A stretch of 63,611 bases of DNA, counting the filler, from Octopus bimaculoides (Eukaryota), in NCBI RefSeq assembly GCF_001194135.2. It is 5 parts of 5 records of this genome, joined end to end, with 100 filler letters (N's around TTAATTAATTAA, not from the genome) between each part and the next. Parts side by side here need not be neighbours in the genome. Positions count along the whole stretch, not along the records: positions 35,423 to 61,613 come from NC_068981.1; 4 more parts are not named here. One strand, 5' to 3'. Below the pieces are notes generated by a model, which worked only from the letters and a program-made list of their open reading frames with translations, searched no databases and was not told the origin of the DNA. How positions within the stretch are numbered: position 1 is the stretch's first letter; every line of letters begins with the position of its first letter. A program made the translations under genes and the position numbers. Below, piece after piece: positions 36,594 through 49,195 of the stretch.

Positions 36594-36817
36594 AAAGGCG
36601 GCGAGCTGGCAGAACCGTTAGCACGCCGGGTGAAATGCTTAGCGGTATTTCGTCTGCTGCTATGTTCTGAGTTCAAATTCTGCCGAGGTCTCGACTTTGC
36701 CTTTCATCCTTTCGTGGTCGATAAATTAAGTATCAGTTGCGCACTGGAGAGGATTTAATCGACAGGACACCCTCCCATAAAATTTCAGGCCTTGTGCCTA
36801 TAGTAGAAAAGATTATT
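36594..36817 (+). mobile_element. SINE family A, full length, type-1 tail
   Basis: AAAGGCGGCGAGCTGGCAGAACCGTTAGCACGCCGGG..GAGTTCAAATTC..CAGGCCTTGTGCCTATAGTAGAAAAGATTATT. Confidence 0.9.
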
Positions 36818-37319
36818 TAAACCAAAGTTTTAAGCGATCGGGTTAGGTTTTATCACGGATATGCGACAACCAATCTATGTTTGTATGTACTTGTCTCTGC
36901 GTGTATATTTGTGTGTGCATGTGTGAGTGTGTGTGTATGTATGTGTGTGTGTTTGCGTGTTTGTGTGTGTGTGTCTGTGTCTGTGTATCTGTGTTTAGTG
37001 AAGTGCGTGGCTTAGTGGTTAGGGTAAAGTCGTGAGTTCAATCCCCGGTATATGATTTTTCAATTCACACACTGTCAATTGTCTTGACTTACAAAGTTTT
37101 TTTGGGGTTTTTTTCAGTCATACAAACCCTTCAACTCATTGCACCTTTATTCTTGTAAAAATTAGTTTCGGAAGAGGGGGGGAATAACACCATTTTCGGA
37201 GAAGTATGAGTAAATCAAAGGACTTCTAGGAAGTCTCTTGAGCTGCTGAAACAAGCAGCTGGACCTTCCTCAAATTTTCTTCTTCTGTCTTAAAAAGCAT
37301 CTTCAACAATGTGAACTAT

Positions 37320-37528
37320 ACTCTTTACTCTTTTACTTGTTTCAGTCTTTTGACTGTGGCCATGCTGGAGCACCGCCTTTAGTCGAGCAAATCGACCCTA
37401 GGACTTATTCTTTGGAAGCCTAGTACTTATTCTATCGGTTACTTTTGCCGAACCGCTACGTTACGGGGACGTAAACACACCAACATCGATTGTCAAGCGA
37501 TGTTGGTGGCATAAACACAGACACACAA

Positions 37529-37563
<35 letters not shown>

Positions 37564-37666
37564 CATATATACGACGGGCTTATTTCAGTTTCCGTCTACC
37601 AAATCCACTCACAAGGCTTTGGTCGGCCCGAGGCTATAGTAGAAGACACTTGCCCAAGATGCCACA
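37320..37666 (-). mobile_element. SINE family B lacking the tRNA head
   Basis: Reverse complement of tail and core, ending at TTGCCCAAGATGCCAC. Confidence 0.9.
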
Positions 37667-37914
37667 GATGATATAAAAAAGAAATTGGAAACAATTTACT
37701 AAAACGAGATGGTAACAGCTGAAATGCTTTAAACTCTTTTTTTTTTTTTTTTTTGCCTTCCTCAAATGAGCAGACATGCTTAATTTCTGTTTCCCAAAGA
37801 TTAGGGTTTTACGGTGTTTCTTTTGACTTACTTTTAGCTGGCGGCTGGTGTCATTGTCGCAATAGCTTGATATGAAATGGATACAATCTTGATCATGGTT
37901 ATTTCATAAATAGC

Positions 37915-38931
37915 GACCCAGACTCATACAAATAAGAGATTATCAGGATTTGAAAAATCCTGATAATATCGTTCTGATAAGAAAAGAAGTGCTGAATTTG
38001 TTGGTGAAATCCAGGCCAAGATTGACAACAATCGCTCCAAGTCAATCAGGTCCATTGCCATGGACACGGGATTGCCTGAATTTCTTATCAGGCAGGTAAT
38101 GCATGAAGACAAGATGAGAAAGGGTCAATTTTTATCCCAAGACATCAAGGACAAGAGGAAAGACCGCGCACGGAGCTTTTGAACAAACTCAAGCATTCCC
38201 TCCAGCCGAACATGCTTTGATTTTTCTCAGACGAGAGAAATATCTGCCAAGATCGGATAGTAAGCACACAGAACAACCGTTGGCGTGCTGTGTCCCCAAA
38301 ACATGTACCAAGAGTGATAAAAATCAAACATCCACTCAACATCTTGGTGTTTGGAGTGATCACTAGTGATGGCGACGCTATGCCTCCATTCATCTTCCCA
38401 CACGGTCTCAGACTCAACGTGGAGGCCTACATCGAGTGCCTGGAGGAGGTAGTGCTGCCATGGGTCAAGAGGGTGGCTGCTGGAAGACCCTATGTCTGGC
38501 AACAGTACTCTGTACCATGCCACAGAAGAACCCAGTCATGGCTGTCAGACAATTTCTGCGACCACATTACCCCTAACATCTGGCCACTTAACTTCCCAGA
38601 TTATTACAACCCTTTGATTATTATGTGTAGGGTGCAGTTGAGCAAGAGGCCAACAAAACTCCTTTTAACACCAAAGATGAACTGAAGGTAAGGATTATGG
38701 CAGCATTCACCAACTTAAACAAGGAAACCGTCCAGAAGAGTTGCAAGACATTCCGAAGTTGTCTGGAGGCCGTGGCTGAAATCATTGGCGATTTTATTGA
38801 ATAAATTTACTCTTTAGTATTTCAAAACATTTTTTTATATATAATTTTAGTAAATATATCTGTTAAAATGAGATTTCAGTGTTATTTTCATTTTTGCATA
38901 TTTTAGACGACAATTTATTCATGGCCCCCTG
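37915..38931 (+). mobile_element. Degenerate DD37D (maT-type) transposon with right terminus
   Basis: ..FFSDE.. (first D), PRVIKIKHPLNILVFGVITSDGDAMPPFIFPHGLRLN..GRPYVWQQYS..WPLN.PD..NPL. The end ..ATTTATTCATGGCCCCCTG|TA is a CAGGGG-type TIR plus TA. Same family as 13040-13680. Confidence 0.85.
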
Positions 38932-38947
38932 TACACACGCGCGCACG

Positions 38948-38995
<48 letters not shown>

Positions 38996-39081
38996 TAGAC
39001 AAACAGATAGACAGATAGACAGACAGACAGACAGGAAGATAGATAGATAGATAGATAAATAGAGAATACATACATACACAA

Positions 39082-39118
<37 letters not shown>

Positions 39119-39155
39119 AACAAACACACACAGAGATAGACAAACAGATAGACAA

Positions 39156-39187
<32 letters not shown>

Positions 39188-39296
39188 GTAGATACATAGA
39201 TAGGGANNNNNNNNNNGACAGACAAACAGACAGACAGACAGACAGGTAGATACATAGATAGGGAATACATACATACACAAACACCCGCACGCACAC

Positions 39297-39332
<36 letters not shown>

Positions 39333-39754
39333 ACATACACAATAGCAATAATCCAATGGGGGGGAGCTTTTATGTAGACACTGAATCTCCTGAAATTGCT
39401 GCCAAATATCCTTCAAATGTCAGGCTGCTGTTCTGAATAAAATAAGGACACATTGAATGATCTGGACAAAAAGTCAGAAGGTTACAAGTGCGCAGATTCT
39501 TTATCATCGGTTTACACAACAGAGCTGACCTGGAGCTGAACAACAACAGCAGGTGCAGCAGCAAAAACGGCAACAGCAGCAGCAGCAACAACAGAACTGA
39601 AGCAGCAGCAGTAGCATTAACTCCATTATTGCAATCACTGTCATAATTACAGCTATCACCACCACGACTACCACAACCGCTGCCACCATAACCGGCACCA
39701 CCACCACTACCACAACCACCATCTAATGACTGATCTCAGCAGTTACTTTTTAAA

Positions 39755-40061
39755 GCCTGGTACTTATTCTATCGATTGATTTTGCCGAACCGCTAGATTA
39801 AGGGGACGAAAACACACCAGTATCGATTGTCAAGCGGCGATGGAAGGGTCTGTGACAGACAGACAAACAGACACATACACACACATACACACACACACAT
39901 ACACACAGACACACACATGCACACACGCACACACACACATATACACACACATGCACACACGCACACACACACTTTCCGTCTACCAAATCCACTCAATGCT
40001 TTGGTCGGCAATGCAGTGGGACTGAACCCGAAACCATGTGGTTGAGAAGCACGCCTGCGCC
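39755..40061 (-). mobile_element. SINE family B, partial
   Basis: GTACTTATTCTATCG..GCCGAACCGCTAG..TTTCCGTCTACCAAATCCACTC..GGGACTGAACCCGAAACCATGTGG. Confidence 0.8.
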
Positions 40062-40085
40062 TATCTATATACATATATAAATATA

Positions 40086-40129
<44 letters not shown>

Positions 40130-40256
40130 CTACGAACAACTATCCCTTTCGGACCCCCTCCTTCTAATGACTGCCTCTACAACCTCCTGAAACAAAGCAA
40201 CTTTATTTCATAGTTCTGTTCGAATAGGATTGACTTGAATCTTTCTAATTCTTTCT

Positions 40257-40460
40257 TAATTTTGACACAAGCTATTTTGAGGGGAGGAGCAAGTCGATTA
40301 CATCAGCTCCAGTACTTGACTGCTACCTCTTTCGTCGACCCCCGAAAGTATGAAAGATAAAGTCGATCTCGGCACAATTTGAACTCAGAACAGGAAGAGC
40401 CAGGTGAAATACTGCTAAGCATTTTGCCTAAGGTTCTGATGGTTCTGCCAGCTCGCGACC
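40257..40460 (-). mobile_element. SINE family A, type-2-like tail
   Basis: AAGTCGATTACATC..AAAGTCGATCTCGGCACAATTTGAACTCAGAAC..TTCTGCCAGCTCGC. Confidence 0.75.
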
Positions 40461-42450
40461 CAACTTGAATGCAGATAACAACAGCAATAACAATAATCCA
40501 GTGGGGAAGCCTTTATGTAGACACTGGATCTGCTAAAATAGCAGCCAAATATCCTACAAATATCAGCTTGCTGTTTTGAATAAAAGAAGGATACATTGAA
40601 TAATCTAGGCGATGACAAAAAGCCAGGAAGTCGCAAGTGCACAGATTTTTGATCATAGGTTTTACACAATCTAGCTGACCTGAAGTTAAGCAACAATAGG
40701 AGCAGCAGCAACAACAGCAGCAGCTGCAACTTCAGCAGCAGCAGCAGCAGCAGTAGCAGCAGCAACAGAACCGCAGCAGTAGCAGTAGCAGCACTAACTC
40801 TATTATTGCCATCACTGATATAATTACAGCCACCGCCGCCACGACTACCACTACCACCCTCACAACCAGTGCCTTTACCATTGCTACCACTACCAAAACC
40901 ATCGCCGCCACCGCCACTCACCATCACCGCCACCACCACCGCTGATATCATCATCATCCCTGCCATCCGCCACCACCACCATCACTACCACAACGGCAAT
41001 AACCACAGCCATGCACCTCCAACATGACATTAATCATTACAGTCCCAANNNNNNNNNNNNNNNNNNNNNNNNNNNNNNNNNNNNNNNNNNNNNNNNNNNN
41101 NNNNNNNNNNNNNNNNNNNNNNNNNNNNNNNNNNNNNNNNNNNNNNNNNNNNNNNNNNNNNNNNNNNNNNNNNNNNNNNNNNNNNNNNNNNNNNNNNNNN
41201 NNNNNNNNNNNNNNNNNNNNNNNNNNNNNNNNNNNNNNNNNNNNNNNNNNNNNNNNNNNNNNNNNNNNNNNNNNNNNNNNNNNNNNNNNNNNNNNNNNNN
41301 NNNNNNNNNNNNNNNNNNNNNNNNNNNNNNNNNNNNNNNNNNNNNNNNNNNNNNNNNNNNNNNNNNNNNNNNNNNNNNNNNNNNNNNNNNNNNNNNNNNN
41401 NNNNNNNNNNNNNNNNNNNNNNNNNNNNNNNNNNNNNNNNNNNNNNNNNNNNNNNNNNNNNNNNNNNNNNNNNNNNNNNNNNNNNNNNNNNNNNNNNNNN
41501 NNNNNNNNNNNNNNNNNNNNNAGATGAATAAAAGTGAAGATGAAATTATGATTTGTAAGTTGCAAATAGTGCATTCAAAATATCGAGTTATTTTCTGACC
41601 AAAGATCTGGTCTGGACGTTTGCAACAAAAGAATAGGCCCCTTTAAAGTGCCTGCTATTGGTTAAAACAGGACGGCCGGATTAAGCCTATCGCCCAAGAA
41701 CAACGTAGTTCATCCAGACAGTTTCCGTCACTAAATTTTGCATATATGACATAGACCAGTCAGAGACTTTGATAAAAAAAAAAAAAAAAAAAAATTGCCC
41801 AAGATACCACAGAGTGGAAACAATTCCGAAAATACGTGCTTGCGAAGCGAACTTGTTAAGCTATACAATCATGCATGCACATTTTGATACACCATTAGCG
41901 ATATTCAACCTTGCTCAGGATAACATAAAGCATGAGAACAAGCCACATAGCCAATGAGGTTCTATTTAAAAAACAAAACGTACCATTATGTAAATTTTCA
42001 GCTAGTAAATTGCTTACAATTTGAAACATACATGCATTCCCTTTTATGTTTTAAAATTGTACCTGGATACGGGAAAAAAATCATGGTTGGAATGCCTTTG
42101 ATCATAATTGTGTGAGATCAGGATTGACCAGGAGACTAACCAATAATAAATAACAGCAACTAAGCTATAAATCTGAGGTGTTAGGGAAATATATACCACG
42201 TGATGTCATGTCATTGATAAGGTGTCGAATGGCGACAAAAGGACTTTGACAAACTCAACTGAGTAATTGATTCACCAGGCAATTAATCAAACAATCGATT
42301 AGTTAATTGGCTAAATGGTTAACCAGTCAACAAATAAAAGTGAAGAAGTGAAATCGAACCAGTGCATGAGTTTCTTACTGGCATAATGGCTCTCTCGAGA
42401 TACAAAATATTTACTCAATCATTATCTTCACCACTATTATTATGCGTATT

Positions 42451-42875
42451 AAGGCGGTAAGCTGGCAGAATCGTTAGCACGCCAGACAAAATGCTTAGCG
42501 GCATTTCGTCCGTTTTTACGTCCTGATTTTAAATTCCACCGAGGTAGACTTCATCTTTCATCCTTTCGGGGGCGATGAAATAAGTACCAGTTGAGTACTG
42601 GGGTCGATGTAATCGACTATTCCCCTTCCCTAAAATTTCAGGTCTTGTTCCTATAGCACTTTAAGGCAGCGAATGAGCAGAACAGCCGAACGTCAGAAGA
42701 AAAATGCTTTGAGGTATTTCGTCTGATTCTTTACATTCTGAATTCAAATCTCAAGACGCCCAACTTTACCTTTCATCCTTTAGATATTGGTAATATAAAG
42801 TACACCCCAAGTTCTGGATTCAACGGTATCAACTAAACTACTGCCCTCCAAAATTGCTGGCCTAATTTTAAAATA
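42451..42875 (+). mobile_element. Two head-to-tail SINE family A copies (42451-42660 type-1; 42663-42875 type-2)
   Basis: The first ends AAATTTCAGGTCTTGTTCCTATAG. The second starts AAGGCAGCGAATGAGCAGAA and ends AAATTGCTGGCCTAATTTTAAAAT. Confidence 0.75.
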
Positions 42876-44027
42876 ATCACTTTTGCGCTTATCTAATTTT
42901 TTTTTTATGAATTACCTAAAAAATTGAAGCTAAGACAAGTATCTCTGTTCAGCATTCCAGTCTGAGACGTTAATTATAACCGTCTCTCAGTTCGTGTGCG
43001 TGCTATTGTCTATTTATGTCATCCCAGACATGTATATCTTGTTTTTACGTCGAAACAATTTTTTGTTTTTGAAATAAAGTTAAAATTAAGCTGAAAATAT
43101 TAACATCGACAATGGTTCCTATGTAGTTTAATAGCATGAGAAATGTTTATTGTTGCACACCGAAAATTCATATTCATGCTTATGAGCCACTGGCATTTTA
43201 TATAGTTGGTATTTATTCCAGTATGACAATCATAGTACAACGCGTTTTATCATAACGTGACGACAGCAGAAAACTTTACCATCCAGATGAGAGCGACAGG
43301 AGAAAAGCGCTTAAGTTATAGAATTTACACCGATGAGCTATGCTTAAGAGAATGTCAATATAGTAGCAGCGAAAGTTTGGAAGTACAGCGTGTAGCAAAA
43401 ATGATAGGAGGACTGAAGAAGCAAGAATAAGAGCTACAGGCGGCTATAAAAAGATTAGATATAATGCTTATTATCCAGTCCTGTGTTAACCAAAACTATG
43501 AGGAATAAATGAGAAAGACAGGGGAAAATGTCTTTCTATCGAAAGTTGAGATTAATGAGACCAACGAACTAGTGAAATAACGAAATCATGGATTGGGCGG
43601 GAGAGCAACTTGATAACACCACTTCATGAAAAAGTTTGGCTTATACACGTGTACGTGAAATTCTCCGTAAATGCATGTGGGTTATGAAGACGAAATATTA
43701 AAATTCATACCTTCATTCATTGCTAAGCTGATTTCGTTTCCTTATGTAAAGTTTTACTGTTGTATTTATGTATGTTGTGATATTTTCATTGTCTTATCTA
43801 TCTGATCTCCTTATTTATGTCCAACTAGACTGCTAGCTTGCCTTGCTTTTTGCTATAGCTAAGGCGAAATTTTTTCTTTACTGAGTTTTATTTTTCTATT
43901 CTTGTATGATATCTTCACTGTAAATGATTGTTTGTTTGTTGTTTGGTTTCTTATATTACTGATATTTCTATTCCTACTGGTACTTTGTTTCATAAAATAT
44001 TTTCTGGAGTAGCTAAGTTGCCCCACA

Positions 44028-44102
<75 letters not shown>

Positions 44103-44724
44103 CTCTCTCTCNNNNNNNNNNNNNNNNNNNNNNNNNNNNNNNNNNNNNNNNNNNNNNNNNNNNNNNNNNNNNNNNNNNNNNNNNNNNNNNNNNNNNNNNN
44201 NNNNNNNNNNNNNNNNNNNNNNNNNNNNNNNNNNNNNNNNNNNNNNNNNNNNNNNNNNNNNNNNNNNNNNNNNNNNNNNNNNNNNNNNNNNNNNNNNNNN
44301 NNNNNNNNNNNNNNNNNNNNNNNNNNNNNNNNNNNNNNNNNNNNNNNNNNNNNNNNNNNNNNNNNNNNNNNNNNNNNNNNNNNNNNNNNNNNNNNNNNNN
44401 NNNNNNNNNNNNNNNNNNNNNNNNNNNNNNNNNNNNNNNNNNNNNNNNNNNNNNNNNNNNNNNNNNNNNNNNNNNNNNNNNNNNNNNNNNNNNNNNNNNN
44501 NNNNNNNNNNNNNNNNNNNNNNNNNNNNNNNNNNNNNNNNNNNNNNNNNNNNNNNNNNNNNNNNNNNNNNNNNNNNNNNNNNNNNNNNNNNNNNNNNNNN
44601 NNNNNNNNNNNNNNNNNNNNNNNNNNNNNNNNNNNNNNNNNNNNNNNNNNNNNNNNNNNNNNNNNNNNNNNNNNNNNNNNNNNNNNNNNNNNNNNNNNNN
44701 NNNNNNNNNNNNNNNNNNNNNNNN

Positions 44725-45249
44725 ATACACACGTGCGTCTTTGTAAATATGTTTGTATACATTTATGTATGTGTGTGTTTGTAAGAGACAGAGTGTGAGT
44801 GAGAGAGAGAAGTTTGTTGTCATGTATACGTACATGCATAAATATACATACACCTTTGGATGTATGCATATGACAACACAGCCCTTGACTCACTCACACT
44901 CTGTCTCTTACAAACACGCACGCGCGCGCATACATGTGTGTCTTTGTAAATATGTTTGTATACATTTATGTATGTGTGTGTTTGTAAGAGACAGAGTGTG
45001 AGTGAGTAAAGGGGTGTGTGCGTGCGCATGTGTGTGAGACAGAGTGAGAGAGTGGTGTGTATGTAGTATTTACTCTCGCTCTCTCTCTCTCTCTCTCTCA
45101 TACACACGAACACACACACTCACACACAAAATAGAGAGTGAAGCTTTTTGCCGGTTACGTCAATACCGGAGCACGCGCGCGCGCGCATACACACGTGTCT
45201 TTGTAAATATGTTTGTATACATTTATGTATGTGTGTGTTTGTAAGAGAC
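44725..45249. repeat. ~65-75-bp unit in three direct copies plus one partial inverted copy
   Basis: TCTTTGTAAATATGTTTGTATACATTTATGTATGTGTGTGTTTGTAAGAGAC at about 44738, 44941 and 45198. The inverted CACTCACACTCTGTCTCTTACAAACAC lies at 44891-44917. Confidence 0.85.
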
Positions 45250-45465
45250 NNNNNNNNNNAAGTTGACATTGAGGAACCTTTTTAAAGAAGTGAATCTTAA
45301 ATATAAAGCAATATTATTTATTTTTAATTAAAAAAATCAAATGAAGAGCCTAAGATTTATCCGAGGTCAAATTATTCACGCATCACAAGTATGGAAGCAT
45401 TTGGTGAAGTCGATTTCACGTGAAAAGCGATTACACACACATCGCTGTTTTATATATTGTATAGA
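45143..45465 (-). mobile_element. Helitron/HINE-like 5' segment, copy of 61310-61530
   Basis: The reverse complement starts A|TCTATACAATATATAAAACAG..TGT and aligns over about 200 bp with 61310-61530 (CACGTGAAATCGACTTCACCAAATGCTTCCATACTTGTGATGC). Confidence 0.55.
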
Positions 45466-46108
45466 TAATGTAGCTACATGTTTCAACAAACATGAATGCC
45501 ACCGAATACGTTACCTCAATGGTACTTATTTTTACCAACGCCATCCATTTTCGCCGCCTACTGTTCCCTGCAGTCCTCAGGCACTTCTTTCATAGGGTCC
45601 TATCAGTAGCAACCGTCATTACACTTTTCGGCTGGATTTCCAAGCGTGACCAACTGAAACTACGGATATCATCCAACTGTCTTACTTGTGGTCTACTCTA
45701 AGTCGCCTGCCTATAGCTCGGGTTGAAGAATATATCTTATGACCCTTTCCTACGGCTTCCTAACCACATGTCCGTAGTATCAGAGCTGTGACCACTTGAT
45801 GCAGTAATGCGGAGAAATAGCGCGACTTAATCGATCTGTAAAGACTAGCTGATCTCCGAGCTAAGCACCCTATCGAGTAAACGTTACATCAGAAATCCTT
45901 CGGGAGAGTCCCAGTTCGGCTGCTTGTATTCGCGTTCGTACACTTTCAGTCATTACCCAACGTTCATCACCATAACTGAGACAAGGCACGAAATATAAGA
46001 AATGTAAGAAAGAATAGGTATGTGCTTCATTAGACAAAACCACAACCTGATTTCAATTTCTAGTTTAAACCATATCACGTGAACTTTCTCAATATTTATA
46101 TATCTATA

Positions 46109-46430
46109 AGCATGGCTGTGTCGTAAGAAGCTCGTTTTCCAACCATACAGTTTCGGGTTCAGTCCCACTGCGTGGCAAAGGTCTTCTACTAATGCACCGG
46201 GCTGACCAATGCCTTGTAAATGGATTTGTAGACAGACAGACAGATGTATCTATGCGTGTGTATCTTTGTGATTGTCCCTCGCCACCGCTTGACAACCAGT
46301 GTAGATTTGTCTACGTCCTCGTAAGTTAGCTAACAAAAATACGTACTGGGGTCGATTTTGTTCGACTAAACCCTTTAAGGTGGGGCTCAGCATGACCACA
46401 GTCTAATGGATAAAACAGGTGAAAAATAAA
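46109..46430 (+). mobile_element. SINE family B
   Basis: CATGGCTGTGTCGTAAGAAGCTCG..GGGTTCAGTCCCACTGCGTGGC..CTGGGGTCGATTTTGTTCGACTAAA. Confidence 0.8.
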
Positions 46431-46867
46431 AGGACTTTCGAACATAGGGAAAGGCTGACTAGCTATATATTTAACATGGGAATCGTTCTGATATAGGATA
46501 GGGATTTTTATTCACACCTGTTTTGTCTTGATAACAGACCTAAGTTAGTGATAACATATTTGATTCAAAGAGCATTAAAATGTAGACTACAAATAAATGC
46601 GTTGTGAAGTAAAAAGATAAAGAATATATATTATACATTCAAAATAAATGGAAGTGGAGAGACAAGTTACTGAAGAGATTGCAAGAGTGAAATGAAATTA
46701 TTTAACAAAAAACTATATACTGTTTATAAATTAATAAAGGACTGAACCAGGGCGTGTGTTTATTACCGGCATAATGCCTCTCCCAAGGTTGAATTGTATT
46801 TCTTTCAACACACGTATCCACATCAAGAATCTTGCACACGAAATACACATACGAAATATATATTATT

Positions 46868-47263
46868 TTATTCTTTTCAGTCATTTGACTGTGGCCATGC
46901 TGGAGCACCACCTTTAGTCGGACAAATCGACCCCAAGACTTATTCTTTGTAAGCCTAGTACTTATTCTATCGATCTTTTGCCGAACCGCTAAGTTACGGG
47001 GACGTAAACACATCAGCATCAGTTGTCAAGCGATGGTGAGGGTCAAGCACAGACATACAAACATATACACACACATACATATGTGTGCGTGTATATATAT
47101 ATATACCACGAGCTTCTTTCAGTTTCCGTCTACCAAATCCACTCACAAGGCTTTGGTCGGCCTGAGGCTATAGCAGAAGACACTTGCCCAAGGTGCCACG
47201 CAGTGGGACTGAACCCGGAACTATGCGGTTGGGTGGCAAGCTTCTTACCACACAGCTACTCCT
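46868..47263 (-). mobile_element. SINE family B, full length
   Basis: Complete reverse-complement tail, (TA/CA) spacer, core and head (..GCAAGCTTCTTACCACACAGC). Confidence 0.9.
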
Positions 47264-47767
47264 GATATATAGTTCATATTTAATATTAATGTCATTGTTT
47301 TAATAAGAAGTTTTCGTACTAGATTCCACACTAGGTGACACGAAGAATAGAACAGCTAATATAATTTGCAGAATAATTAAAATAATATTAGTCATTTACT
47401 GAAACTAGTTTTCTCCGCCACACAATTAGCCTCTTAATGATTCCATGCGTTATAAATGTTAACAATTATTTTTGAGGCGGATGGAGTTAATTATTCTTGA
47501 GATGGAAATTATTTCATGTCGGAAAATTTCAATGAAGCTAACTACAATCTGATCACACTATATTCAAAAAAAAAAAAAAAATTACAGTGCCAAATTTATT
47601 AAAATCATTAATTAATTAAAAAAATATAAATACAATTATTTATAAAAACTCTCATGAAAAGTGAAAAAGTAGAGTTACGAAATAAACATTTCCACTGTAA
47701 CTTTTATCATTTTCCGAAAATTCAAACGAATTTCAGTTTTTTAGCCAAAGATTGTAATTACTTTAAA

Positions 47768-48379
47768 CAGGAGTGGCTCAGCGGTAAGAAGCTTACTTAC
47801 CAACCACATAGTCCCGNNNNNNNNNNNNNNNNNNNNNNNNNNNNNNNNNNNNNNNNNNNNNNNNNNNNNNNNNNNNNNNNNNNNNNNNNNNNNNNNNNNN
47901 NNNNNNNNNNNNNNNNNNNNNNNNNNNNNNNNNNNNNNNNNNNNNNNNNNNNNNNNNNNNNNNNNNNNNNNNNNNNNNNNNNNNNNNNNNNNNNNNNNNN
48001 NNNNNNNNNNNNNNNNNNNNNNNNNNNNNNNNNNNNNNNNNNNNNNNNNNNNNNNNNNNNNNNNNNNNNNNNNNNNNNNNNNNNNNNNNNNNNNNNNNNN
48101 NNNNNNNNNNNNNNNNNNNNNNNNNNNNNNNNNNNNNNNNNNNNNNNNNNNNNNNNNNNNNNNNNNNNNNNNNNNNNNNNNNNNNNNNNNNNNNNNNNNN
48201 NNNATACGACTTGAGATGTTTGTCTTGCCTTAATGTTTGTTTGTCCTCTTTAACAATTATATATATATGTGTGTTTGTGTGTCCTGTGTTTGCCTCCCCC
48301 ACCACCATCGCTTGACAATAGATGTCTGTGTGGTAACGTCCCCGAAACTTAGCGGTTCAGTAAAAGAGACCGATAGAAT
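47768..48379 (+). mobile_element. SINE family B spanning a gap, 3'-truncated at a Penelope fragment
   Basis: Head GAGTGGCTCAGCGGTAAGAAGCTTACTTACC before the gap; body up to GAGACCGATAGAATA after it. Confidence 0.75.
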
Positions 48380-48880
48380 ATAGCTGATCATGTATGGAAA
48401 AATGGAGACCACCTCCCCCTGTGAGATGAAGTTAAAATTATAGACAGAGAACACCACTGGAAAATACGAAAACTAAAAGCAGCACATATGCTAGGACACA
48501 ACAACCTCCTAAACAGACCGAGGGCAGATATGAACAGCATATGGGAACCGGTATTATGGAAGGATAGAAAAATATTAGATTTAAATTCACTCCGTAATTG
48601 CCCGCGGGCATATGACGTAGTGGATAAGAGCGCGGGCTACTAACCCCAAGATTCCGAGTTCGATTCCAATCAGTGACCAGAACAACAACAACAACAATAA
48701 TAACATCGAAAAATACGTTAGGGATGAGAACCCATGTTCGAAATTTCCCCACGACACCTGAAGAAGGCTGGAAGTTATATCAACGGAAACGTTATGTTAA
48801 CAACAAACAGGATGAGGACAAATATCCGTCGAATGTAGATAATGTACATAATTCTTCATCTTTTAAATATAGAACTGTAC
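48380..48880 (+). mobile_element. Penelope-like element 3' end: GIY-YIG C-terminus, tRNA-like segment, hammerhead-like core
   Basis: IADHVWKNGDHLPL*DEVKIIDREHHWKIRKLKAAHMLGHNNLLNR..IWEPVL. A box TGACGTAGTGG at 48613 and B box GAGTTCGATTCC at 48656. CTGAAGA..GAAAC GTT at 48758-48793. Confidence 0.8.
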
Positions 48881-48998
48881 AAATCAAAATATATTCCAAT
48901 ATAAAGATTTTTTCTTCAAGTACTCTAAATTATTATATATTCTACGCCAACCTGTAAACAAATTTGTACTTCTACGTAGTTGATGACGTCATAATTCC

Positions 48999-49195
48999 TT
49001 CTAATTTTGGAACAAGGCCACCTATTATCTTGGGCAAGTATCTTGTACTATAACCCATATTTATCTTATCGACTCCTAAAGAATACAAGGCAAAATTGAC
49101 ATCGGAGGAATTTGAACTCACAAAGTAACGAGTCGGAAGGAATGCTGCTATGCATTTTTGTCCAACGCGCCAACAATTTCAGCCAGGTCGTTGCA
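48999..49195 (-). mobile_element. Degenerate SINE family A, type-2 tail
   Basis: TAATTTTGGAACAAGGCCA..ATCGACTCC..GGAATTTGAACTCA..CAACAATTTCAGCCAGGTCG. Confidence 0.65.

Larger units (their letters stand above)
39341..40990 (+). repeat. Diverged ~400-bp direct duplication (39341-39720 and about 40486-40990): family F piece plus CAG/CAC-rich arrays
   Basis: Both copies read AATAATCCA.TGGGG.AGC.TTTATGTAGACACTG..GCCAAATATCCT..GCTGACCTG..(CAG/CAA)n..TAACTC.ATTATTGC.ATCACTG..TAATTACAGC. Confidence 0.8.

Noticed and set aside
41522-41565. MNKSEDEIMI followed by TT|GTAAGT as the missing SLC6 exon
   Set aside because: It has no resemblance to the TM2 exon, which should end near CPLFKG. A donor-like hexamer alone is expected by chance.
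43370-43460. CR1-like peptide LEVQRVAKMIGGLKK
   Set aside because: It is short, flanked by stops and has no second supporting motif, so it is too weak to call without a search.
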